Assembly: GCA_964413115.1 (NCBI GenBank)
Contig: CAYPSQ010000002.1
Span: 8,639 to 72,638 of the forward strand
Source of the DNA: an uncultured Rhizobiaceae bacterium
GTDB lineage: Bacteria; Pseudomonadota; Alphaproteobacteria; UBA828
Direction of reading: 5' to 3'
Length of the DNA: 64,000 nucleotides
This document shows, one piece after another, positions 1 through 8,068 of this stretch. The notes below the pieces were generated by a model, which searched no databases, was not told where the DNA came from, and saw only the letters and a list, made by a program, of their open reading frames with translations. Each line of letters begins with the position of its first letter. Position 1 is the first letter of the stretch. The position numbers were made by a program, and so were the translations under genes.

Positions 1-1007
1 ATTTCCGCGCGCCGCGGCACGCTCGGCTCCGACGTGTAGGATCCTTCAGGCGGCTGAGCGATGACATCGAGCGTGATGCCGGCGTGCCGATGCGCCGCCG
101 CCGCGGCCTCGGCCAGGCCGCTGACCGGAAGGCGACCATAGGGCTCATCCGCTTCACCTTCACCGAGTGCACTCAGGCGGCCAAGAATCTCGCGGCACCG
201 GGCAACCTCGCTGACCAATAGTTTTGCGTCTTCCAGATGCGGGCTGTCGCCGGGCAGATCGCGCTCAAGCTCGCGTGAGACTATGGCGATGGTCGCAAGC
301 GGAGTGCCCAATTGGTGCGCGGCAGCAGCGGCAAGTGCACCCAATGCTGAAACGCTCTGTTCCTGCCTGAGCGCCATTTGCGTGGCACTGAGCGCGTTTG
401 CCATTCGCCGAGCATCGCTGGCGACGCGCCAAGCGTATGCGGTGATAAATAGCGTGCCCAGAACCACGGCGATCCAGATTGCGAGAAGGTAGAGCTGCGG
501 CAGTGCCGGCGCGTCGCCAAGCCAGGGCAGCGGAAGGTGCAGGAAGGCGACAATCGAAACGCAGACGATCACCAGGCCGACAAGTGCCATGGTGGAGCGC
601 AGACCGAGTATTGTCGCCGAGATACTAGCGGGCACCAGAAAAAGGATGGCGAAAGGATTTTCAAGCCCGCCCGTCAAGGCGATCAAAAAGGCGAGTTGGA
701 TCACGTCGTAGGCAAGAAATATTGCTGCCTTAGCATTGCTGAGGCGGGCATCCGCCGGGCTTAGCGCCGTGGCGAGAAGATTGATCGCCGCCGAAAGGGC
801 GACGGCGCCCAAAAGTGATCCGAGCGGCAGCGTAAACCCGAGCCAAACATGGACCACTAGAATGCTGACAAGTTGGCCGCTGATGGCAACCCAACGGATC
901 AAAACCAAGGTGCGCAGCCGCACGTGGCGGACTTCTGGTTGGGTATCGCCGGGCTTGGTATCACTCAAGCGCATCATGCCTTTCACGGCCGGATTGTGGC
1001 CCGCGAC
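1..1007 (-). CDS. regB: Redox-responsive sensor histidine kinase RegB/PrrB/ActS family. C-terminal part runs off the left window edge.
   Basis: Reverse-strand translation gives the N-terminus MIVAGHNPAVKGMMRLSDTKPGDTQPEVRHVRLRTLVLIRWVAISGQ, several TM helices, then the H-box ALGALAAAAAHQLGTPLATI, which is diagnostic of RegB/PrrB. Absent from the ORF track because no stop lies in the window. Start at 1007 or 977. Confidence 0.7.
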
Positions 1008-1075
1008 AATCATGCGCCGGAATAGCAGGGGCGACAATTGGCCTGACCTGTTCGTTGCGGCATATTACAGTGATC

Positions 1076-1822
1076 ATGACGCAACACACACTCGAAGTTG
1101 ATGATCTGTGCAAGCGATTCGGCACCGTTCAAGCGGTCGAAGGGCTCAGCCTTGCCGTGCCACGCTGCTCGATCACAGCCCTTCTTGGTGGCAATGGTGC
1201 TGGCAAGACGACGACCATGGCGATGATGCTCGGCTTGGTGCTGCCAAGCTCCGGGTCGATTCGCATCTTTGGCAAGAATTTTGCGCGCAACCGTTATCGT
1301 TTGTTGGCGCGAATGAATTTTTCCTCGCCTTATGTCGACCTACCGCACCGCCTGACTGTCAGAGAAAATTTGACAGTATATGCCCGTATTTACGGTGTGG
1401 TCGGCGTCCGCGCGCGCATTCAACAGTTGGCCGAAGATTTGGACATCGTCGATTTTCTGAAACGACCGGTGGGTAAGCTTTCGGCCGGACAGCGTACCCG
1501 AGTCGCCTTGGCCAAGGCGTTGATCAACAATCCGGAATTTCTGTTGCTGGACGAGCCCACTGCATCGCTTGATCCGGACAGCGCTGATTGGGTGCGAAGC
1601 TATCTCGAAAGGTGGCGAGCACAGAGTGGTGCCACCATCTTGTTGGCATCGCACAATATGTCTGAAGTCGAACGCCTATGCGATCAAGTCTTCATGTTGC
1701 GCCGCGGCCGCTTGGTGGACAGCGGTAGCCCCAACGAATTGACCGCGCGTTATGGCCGCGAAAGCTTGGAAGAAGTCTTTCTCGATATTGCGCGTGAGCG
1801 CCCCGACGCAGCGGCGCTATGA
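1076..1822 (+). CDS. ABC transporter ATP-binding protein (ABC-2 exporter type)
   Basis: Walker A GGNGAGKTT, ABC signature LSAGQRTRV, Walker B LLLDEPTASLD. ATG at 1076 (MTQHTLEVDDLCKRFG) preferred over the TTG at 1055. Confidence 0.85.
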   Translation: MTQHTLEVDDLCKRFGTVQAVEGLSLAVPRCSITALLGGNGAGKTTTMAMMLGLVLPSSGSIRIFGKNFARNRYRLLARMNFSSPYVDLPHRLTVRENLTVYARIYGVVGVRARIQQLAEDLDIVDFLKRPVGKLSAGQRTRVALAKALINNPEFLLLDEPTASLDPDSADWVRSYLERWRAQSGATILLASHNMSEVERLCDQVFMLRRGRLVDSGSPNELTARYGRESLEEVFLDIARERPDAAAL

Positions 1823-2646
1823 GTACACTTTGGCTACGGCGCGGAGCGGTACGCGCCTCGGCCGGCAGAATTGGCGCCATGGTACTGCGCCATCTTTACC
1901 TCCTAAGAACCTCCTGGCCTCGGCTTTTGGAGCTGATGTACTGGCCAACCGTGCAAATGATCCTGTGGGGGCTGGTCTCGACTTTCCTACTTACCAACAG
2001 CTCGTGGGTTGCTCAGGCAAGTGGCGTGCTGTTAGCCGGCGTCATATTGTGGGACGTCCTATTCCGCGGCCAACTCGGCCTCTCGCTGGTGTTCATCGAA
2101 GAAATGTGGTCGCGCAACCTTGGCCATTTGTTTTCCAGCCCCCTTCGACCATGGGAATTGATCGTGGCGTTGATGATGATCAGCTTATTACGTACGCTGA
2201 TCGGCATGGGCAGCGCAGTGGGTTTTGCCATTTTGCTCTATCATTTTTCGATATTCGATCTCGGTCTGCCGCTCATCGCTTTCTTTTTCAATCTTATATT
2301 CATGGGTTGGGCGGTTGGGCTTGTCGTGTGCGGGCTGGTGCTGCGCTACGGCCTCGGTGCCGAAAGCCTCGCCTGGTTCATGATCTTCGCCTTCGCGCCC
2401 GTAAGCTGTATTTACTACCCCTTAGAAATTTTGCCCGACTGGCTCAAACATGTCGCGGAGGCGTTGCCCTCAGCGCTGGTATTTGAAGGCATGCGCTCGG
2501 TGCTGTTTGATGGCGTATTCCTTTACGATTTGTTGTGGCGCGCCATGGCTTTAAATGCGCTCTATATGGCGCTCGCCGTGGCCGCCTTCATGGCTTTTTT
2601 CCATTCGGCGCGGAAGCGCGGATTGTTGCACCAAATCGGTGAGTAG
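1819..2646 (+). CDS. ABC-2 family transporter permease
   Basis: Multi-TM protein, translationally coupled to the upstream ATPase (4-nt overlap). Typical ABC-2 permease size. Confidence 0.75.
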   Translation: MSTLWLRRGAVRASAGRIGAMVLRHLYLLRTSWPRLLELMYWPTVQMILWGLVSTFLLTNSSWVAQASGVLLAGVILWDVLFRGQLGLSLVFIEEMWSRNLGHLFSSPLRPWELIVALMMISLLRTLIGMGSAVGFAILLYHFSIFDLGLPLIAFFFNLIFMGWAVGLVVCGLVLRYGLGAESLAWFMIFAFAPVSCIYYPLEILPDWLKHVAEALPSALVFEGMRSVLFDGVFLYDLLWRAMALNALYMALAVAAFMAFFHSARKRGLLHQIGE

Positions 2647-3669
2647 CTAGTCCACCGGGCCGCTCACTCCGGCACTATCGAAGGTAGCCATCCCGTTATG
2701 GACTTGCGCTGCCGCGCATACCATCCCGGCCGCAAGGACCGCGCCTGAGCCCTCTCCAAGGCGCAGGGAAAAATCAAGCAGCGGCCGTTGGTCGATTTTT
2801 TCGAGCAGGCGGGCATGGCCGGGCTCAACCGAATTATGCGCGATCAGGCAATGATCGAGCGCGCCCGGCTTGGCAGCATGGAGCGTGGCAGCGCCGGCGG
2901 TGCAGGCAAAGCCATCTAGAAGCACTGGAATCCGGGCGTGGCGGGCGGCAAGAGTAGCGCCAGCGATGGCTGCAAACTCACGTCCGCCAAGCCGTCTCAA
3001 CGCTTCCAGCGAATCGGCAATGGGAGCGCCGTGATGGGCCAGGGCATCGTCAATAGCGGTGATCTTGCGCGCCAAACCGGCATCATCAATCCCGGTGCCG
3101 CGGCCGGCCCAGTCACGGCCATCACCGCCAAACAGAGCTGCCGACAACGCCGCGGCGATGGTCGTATTGCCGATTCCCATTTCGCCGAGGCAGACCAAGT
3201 CAGCCTCGCCATCGAGCGCTGTCATGCCGGCGTGCCACGCCGTAAGACAGGCATCTTCGTCCATTGCGGCTTCGTGCGTGATGTTGCCAGTCGGTGTTTC
3301 AAGGGATAGGGGGACCACCTGAAGAGTAGCGCCGAGCCAGCCTCCAAGCTGATTGATCGCGGCGCCGCCGGCGGTGAAGTTTGCCACCATTTGCGTTGTT
3401 ACTTCGCTCGGATAGGCCGAAATACCGTGGGCGGCGATGCCGTGATTGGCGGCAAAGACGATAATCTGAACGCGTTCGGTGCGGGGCGGGTGGCGGCCTT
3501 GCCAGGCAGCAAGCCATTCGGCGATTTCCTCCAATCGGCCGAGCGCGCCAGGCGGTTTCGTCAGTACCGCTTGGCGCTCCCGTGCTATCCGCAGCGCCTC
3601 TTGGTCTGCCGGTGGAACATTTTCTATGAGCCGGCGCAACTCCGACACGGATTTGACAGCATCATTCAC
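2647..3669 (-). CDS. cobT: Nicotinate-nucleotide--dimethylbenzimidazole phosphoribosyltransferase
   Basis: N-terminus ...KPPGALGRLEEIAEWLAAWQG and overall CobT (P. denitrificans CobU) family similarity. 340 aa. Confidence 0.9.
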   Translation of the reverse strand: MNDAVKSVSELRRLIENVPPADQEALRIARERQAVLTKPPGALGRLEEIAEWLAAWQGRHPPRTERVQIIVFAANHGIAAHGISAYPSEVTTQMVANFTAGGAAINQLGGWLGATLQVVPLSLETPTGNITHEAAMDEDACLTAWHAGMTALDGEADLVCLGEMGIGNTTIAAALSAALFGGDGRDWAGRGTGIDDAGLARKITAIDDALAHHGAPIADSLEALRRLGGREFAAIAGATLAARHARIPVLLDGFACTAGAATLHAAKPGALDHCLIAHNSVEPGHARLLEKIDQRPLLDFSLRLGEGSGAVLAAGMVCAAAQVHNGMATFDSAGVSGPVD

Positions 3670-3779
3670 CTAGTTTGCCTTATACTTGCGCGCCGTGCGA
3701 GCGTGCTTGGCGCACCGCCCCGGCTGTCCTATAACCGGTGGTGAGGACTCCCATACAACAAAGCCGGAGGCAAGCGGGA

Positions 3780-4634
3780 ATGCCTTTCGATTCGGAGCCC
3801 GAGGGAAAATTTGAGCGCCGGATATTTTTTTCCGCGCGCGCTTGGTGGCAGGATATTAGGAGCGCGCTGCGCTTCTTAACCCGCCTGCCGTTGCCGCGCG
3901 CGCCCGATCCGGCCGAGCTGGATTTCTTCGACGAAGTCGAAGAAGATGAGCAGGAGACACCCGCGCGCAGGCCTTTGGGCCGCGCGGTCCGCGCCTTCCC
4001 CTTGATCGGTGCCCTATTGGGCATCGCCGCCGGCTTTGCGTTTGCCATCGCCACCGGTGTCGGCCTGCCGGCTCTGGTGGCAGGTGTTATCGCAGTCGCG
4101 CTGTTGGCGTTGATGACTGGCGCCATGCATGAAGATGGCCTTGCCGATATGGCTGACGGCTTCGGCGGCGGGCAGACGGTCGAAAAGAAACTCGCCATCA
4201 TGCGCGACAGCCGTATCGGCGCATATGGTGTGATGGCCCTGGTCATGGTGCTGGCGGCGAAGGTCGGCGCCGTGGCGGACTTAAGTGATATTGGCGTCGT
4301 GATGTCAGGGCTGATTTGCGCTGCCGCCGCGTCGCGTGCGGCGATGCCGGCCATGATGTGCTGGCTGCCGGCGGCGCGCCCAGATGGTCTCGGCGCTGAG
4401 GCCGGGCGCCCGTCCAGTGAACATGTGTGGACCGGCATCATCATCGCTGTCATTCTTTCGGTTATCCTCCTCACTTGGTCGGGGTTGGTAGCGCTCCTCA
4501 TCGCGGCTCTTGGTACTTTCGCCGTTGGGCTCTTGGCGCGCAGGCAGATCCGCGGACATACAGGTGATGTCCTCGGCGGTGCGCAGCAAATTTCCGAACT
4601 CCTTTTCCTTCTCGCATTGGCGGCAATCAGATGA
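3780..4634 (+). CDS. cobS: Adenosylcobinamide-GDP ribazoletransferase (cobalamin 5'-phosphate synthase)
   Basis: Conserved ALRFLTRLPLP start motif and polytopic membrane protein with the MHEDGLADMADGFGGG motif. ATG at 3780 has a GGAGG SD 8 nt upstream. The ORF track start at 3738 is a GTG. Confidence 0.85.
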   Translation: MPFDSEPEGKFERRIFFSARAWWQDIRSALRFLTRLPLPRAPDPAELDFFDEVEEDEQETPARRPLGRAVRAFPLIGALLGIAAGFAFAIATGVGLPALVAGVIAVALLALMTGAMHEDGLADMADGFGGGQTVEKKLAIMRDSRIGAYGVMALVMVLAAKVGAVADLSDIGVVMSGLICAAAASRAAMPAMMCWLPAARPDGLGAEAGRPSSEHVWTGIIIAVILSVILLTWSGLVALLIAALGTFAVGLLARRQIRGHTGDVLGGAQQISELLFLLALAAIR

Positions 4635-5305
4635 ATGCATTAAGCGATCTTCCGGCGACAAGTTGGTGGTGGGTGCGCCATGCGCCGGTCACCACCCATC
4701 ACGGCCGGCTTTATGGCCAGTCTGATGTGCCGGCCAACACCGAAGACAGCGAAGCCTTCAAAGGCTTGGCCGAGCAATTGCCGAAAGGCGCGCTTTGGAT
4801 AACTAGTCATCTGCAGCGCACCCATCAGACCGCAAACGCCATCGTTGAAGCTGGCCATGCGGCGGAAAAGCCGCTGATCGAGGAAGATCTGGCGGAACAG
4901 AGTTTCGGCGATTGGCAGGGCTTGAGCTATGCCGAGGTCGAAGCCGAGCGGGCGGGGGCGGGTCATCCTTTTTGGATTGCACCGGCGGATTTTGCCGCGC
5001 CCAACGGCGAAAGTTTCGCTGCCGTCATGACGCGCGTGTCTAAAACGATCTCACGCCTCAGCACACACCATACAGGGCGCGATATCGTCGCCGTCGCGCA
5101 TGGCGGCTCGATCCGGGCGGCACTTGGCCATGCGCTCGGCATCGCACCAAATCAAGCGCTTTCCTTCACCATCGATAACCTTTCGATCACACGAATCGAC
5201 TGTTTCCACGGCGCGGACGGGCGTCAGGATTGGTGCGTGATCGGCGTCAATCTGCCGCCTAGTAAAAGCGCTGCGCATGGGGTAGTTTTCCCCCCAAGAC
5301 GCTGA
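4631..5305 (+). CDS. cobC: Alpha-ribazole-5'-phosphate phosphatase (histidine phosphatase family)
   Basis: RHAPV...HGRLYGQSD (RHG catalytic motif) and a downstream AHGGSIRA His motif. Overlaps cobS stop by 4 nt. Confidence 0.8.
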   Translation: MNALSDLPATSWWWVRHAPVTTHHGRLYGQSDVPANTEDSEAFKGLAEQLPKGALWITSHLQRTHQTANAIVEAGHAAEKPLIEEDLAEQSFGDWQGLSYAEVEAERAGAGHPFWIAPADFAAPNGESFAAVMTRVSKTISRLSTHHTGRDIVAVAHGGSIRAALGHALGIAPNQALSFTIDNLSITRIDCFHGADGRQDWCVIGVNLPPSKSAAHGVVFPPRR

Positions 5306-5510
5306 GTCAGGGAAACCGGTGACGCGCTCCGTTCGGGAGCGTCAGGCCGGTGCTGCCCCCGCAACTGTAAACGGCGAGGTAGTCCCCTTTTGTGCGGGAT
5401 GTGTTCCGCACGCGCCACTGGCGGCGAAAGTCGCCGGGAAGGCGGGGGACTTGCCCTTGACCCGAAGCCAGGAGACCTCCTCGGCGTCGCCCCGGAACGG
5501 TCCTCGGAGG
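5296..5510 (+). promoter_or_regulatory. Cobalamin (AdoCbl) riboswitch in the 5' leader of the cobU operon
   Basis: GGGAAACCGGTGA at 5310-5322, GCTGCCCCCGCAACTGTAA, and the B12-box AAGCCAGGAGACCTCC at 5465-5480. A ~200-nt leader between cobC stop and cobU start. Confidence 0.85.
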
Positions 5511-5514
5511 GAGG

Positions 5515-6048
5515 ATGATGCCGCTTTCGACGGACACGGCACGTACGACATTGGTGATCGGCGGCGCTCGCTCGGGCAAAAGCCGCTACGCCGAACAGCT
5601 GTTGGCCGCGCATGACGGAACCCGCATTTACATCGCCACGGCTGAAGCCGGTGATGCGGAAATGGCGGCGCGCATCGCCGCACATCAAGCACGCCGTGGC
5701 GCCGGTTGGCGGACGATCGAGCAGCCGCTCGATCTAGTGACGGCGCTGGAGACCCATTGCCGCCCTGCCGGCGCGGTGCTGGTTGATTGTCTGACCCTGT
5801 GGCTGAGCAATTTAATGGCGGCGTCACGCGATATCGCGGCGGCAACCAGCCGGCTCGTGCGCGCTGTGCAGCGCCTGGAAGGGCGCACGGTGCTGGTGTC
5901 GAACGAAGTTGGCCTTGGCATCGTTCCCAACCATCCCCTCGGCCGTGAATTCCGCGACCATGCCGGGCGCCTCAATCAGGCAGTGGCCGCCGCCGTCGAC
6001 GAAGCGGTGTTCATCGCTGCCGGCCTGCCGCTTAGGCTGAAACCGTGA
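5515..6048 (+). CDS. cobU: Adenosylcobinamide kinase / adenosylcobinamide-phosphate guanylyltransferase
   Basis: P-loop LVIGGARSGKSRYAE. 177 aa, typical CobU/CobP size. Confidence 0.9.
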   Translation: MMPLSTDTARTTLVIGGARSGKSRYAEQLLAAHDGTRIYIATAEAGDAEMAARIAAHQARRGAGWRTIEQPLDLVTALETHCRPAGAVLVDCLTLWLSNLMAASRDIAAATSRLVRAVQRLEGRTVLVSNEVGLGIVPNHPLGREFRDHAGRLNQAVAAAVDEAVFIAAGLPLRLKP

Positions 6049-6998
6049 GCATAGCGGAACTTCGCATCGTCACCCTGCTGCCGAGCGCGACAGAAATCGT
6101 CGCGGCCCTCGGTCTCGGTGCGCAGCTTGTCGGGCGGTCGCACGAATGCGATTGGCCACCCGGGGTGGCAGAGCTTCCCGTCTGCACCCGTTCGCGCGTA
6201 GCTTTAGACGGAAGCAGCGCTGAAATCCACCGCCAGATTTCTGAATTTGTTGGCCAGGCGCTCAGCATTTACGAGCTCGATAGAGACATGCTGCGCGCAC
6301 TGCGGCCGACCCATATCGTGACCCAGGATCAGTGCGAGGTCTGCGCAGTCAATCTGAAAGACGTTGAAGCGGCGCTAGCGAAAGACATCGGCAACGCGGT
6401 CGAGGTCGTCTCGCTCAGCCCGCTCCGTCTCGGTGAAGTGTGGGCCAGTATTCGCCAGGTCGGCCGCGCGCTCAGCGTGGACGCCGATTCATATTGCCGC
6501 ACCCTGACCGGTCGCATTGCGCGCATCGCTGCTGCAGGAACGGAATTGCCCGGAGCGCCACCATCTATCGCGACCATCGAGTGGTGCGATCCACTCATGG
6601 CGGCGGGAAACTGGTTGCCCGAGCTTGTCGCCATCGCCGGAGGCAATAATTTGTTCGGCGCCGCCGGCGAGCATTCGCCGCGCCTAGAATTCGATGATTT
6701 GCGCGCCGTCGAGCCCGATATCCTGATTTTCATGCCGTGCGGCTATGACTTGATGAAAACCGCCGAAGAGGCCGAGCAGTTGTTACAGGCACCCACCTGG
6801 GCGGCGCTCGCCGCCGTTCGTGACAGTCGGGCCTTTGCCGTGGACGGCAATGCCTATTTTAACCGTCCGGGACCGAGACTGGTTGAATCGGCGGAAATAC
6901 TGGCCGAGATATGCCATCCGGAAAGCCACAATTTTGGTCATGAAGGATCGGCATGGCGCCGTCTTGGCGCCAGCCCCGAAACTGACAACCGTGAATAG
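6045..6998 (+). CDS. BtuF/FhuD-like (class III periplasmic-binding-protein fold) cobalamin-binding protein with no evident signal peptide
   Basis: N-terminus RIVTLLPSATEIVAALGLGAQLVG matches the BtuF family start motif. No hydrophobic leader. Overlaps cobU stop by 4 nt. Confidence 0.65.
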   Translation: MSIAELRIVTLLPSATEIVAALGLGAQLVGRSHECDWPPGVAELPVCTRSRVALDGSSAEIHRQISEFVGQALSIYELDRDMLRALRPTHIVTQDQCEVCAVNLKDVEAALAKDIGNAVEVVSLSPLRLGEVWASIRQVGRALSVDADSYCRTLTGRIARIAAAGTELPGAPPSIATIEWCDPLMAAGNWLPELVAIAGGNNLFGAAGEHSPRLEFDDLRAVEPDILIFMPCGYDLMKTAEEAEQLLQAPTWAALAAVRDSRAFAVDGNAYFNRPGPRLVESAEILAEICHPESHNFGHEGSAWRRLGASPETDNRE

Positions 6999-7005
6999 GA
7001 CAGAT

Positions 7006-8058
7006 ATGACCTACCAAAATATGGCGAACCGCAAGATTCCGACCACCGTTATTTCCGGCTTTTTAGGTGCCGGAAAAACCAGCCTGATCCGCCATGTATT
7101 AGCAACTGCGAATGGCCGCCGTGTCGCGCTAATCATCAATGAGTTCGGCGACCTCGGCATTGATGAATCGGTGTTGCGTGGCTGCGGTGACGAATCCTGC
7201 GTGGAAGGCGAAATAATCGAGCTAGCCAACGGCTGCATCTGCTGCACCGTGGCGGACGATTTCGTGCCCACGATCGAAGCGTTGCTGGCGTGCGATCCCG
7301 CCCCGGAGCATATCGTCATCGAGACCTCAGGTCTCGCTTTGCCTAAGCCGCTTGTCGCCGCCTTTAGTTGGCCAGAAATCCGCAACAGGGTGACAGTCGA
7401 TGGTGTCATCGCCGTGGTCGACGGTCCAGCCGTCTTGGCCGGCCGCTTCGCGTCCGACCCGGCAGCACTGCAAGCGCAGCGCGAAGCCGATGACGCACTC
7501 GATCACGAGAGCCCCCTGGAAGAGGTCTTCGAGGATCAGTTGGCCTGCGCTGATCTGGTAGTGCTCAACAAGGTGGACCAGCTTGAAGAGGACGAACTCA
7601 CACGCACCCATGCCCTGCTGGCCAGAGAATTGCGCCCCGGCGTGAAATTGGTCGAGGCAGAGCAGGCCCGCATTGACGCCGATATCCTATTGGGATTGGC
7701 GGCCGCCGCCGAAGATGATTTGGCGGCGCGCCCCTCGCACCATGATGAATTTGACGGTGAGCATGATCATGACGAATTCGATAGCTTCATTCTCAACCTC
7801 GGTGCGGTGGCCGATCCCGACGCGCTGGAAACCCGCCTGGTGGCCGCCATCGAGACGCATGATATTTTGCGCATCAAGGGTTTCGTCGACGTGCCGGGCA
7901 AGCGCCGGCGCCATGTGATTCAGGCGGTCGGCAGCCGTATCGGGCGCTATTTCGACCGCGATTGGCAGGCTGGCGAAGTGCGCGAAAGCCGCCTCGTGGT
8001 GATCGGTTTGAGCCCGCTCGACCGCACCGCCATCAGCGCTGCGCTCGGCAGCGTCTAA
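7006..8058 (+). CDS. cobW: Cobalamin biosynthesis GTPase CobW (COG0523 metallochaperone)
   Basis: GFLGAGKTSLIRHVL Walker A, CICCT metal-binding motif, His/acidic tract HHDEFDGEHDHDEFD at 7738-7782. Start at ATG 7006 (MTYQNMANRKIP), immediately after the btuF-like stop. The 6820 ORF-track start is rejected. Confidence 0.9.
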   Translation: MTYQNMANRKIPTTVISGFLGAGKTSLIRHVLATANGRRVALIINEFGDLGIDESVLRGCGDESCVEGEIIELANGCICCTVADDFVPTIEALLACDPAPEHIVIETSGLALPKPLVAAFSWPEIRNRVTVDGVIAVVDGPAVLAGRFASDPAALQAQREADDALDHESPLEEVFEDQLACADLVVLNKVDQLEEDELTRTHALLARELRPGVKLVEAEQARIDADILLGLAAAAEDDLAARPSHHDEFDGEHDHDEFDSFILNLGAVADPDALETRLVAAIETHDILRIKGFVDVPGKRRRHVIQAVGSRIGRYFDRDWQAGEVRESRLVVIGLSPLDRTAISAALGSV

Positions 8059-8068
8059 GGGCCGGCGC

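Noticed and set aside
6820-7005. Upstream extension of the cobW ORF (ORF-track start 6820), overlapping the btuF-like gene by 179 nt.
   Set aside because: The conserved CobW N-terminus begins at MTYQNMANRKIPTTVISGFLGAGKT (ATG 7006), directly after the upstream stop. The extension has no homology.
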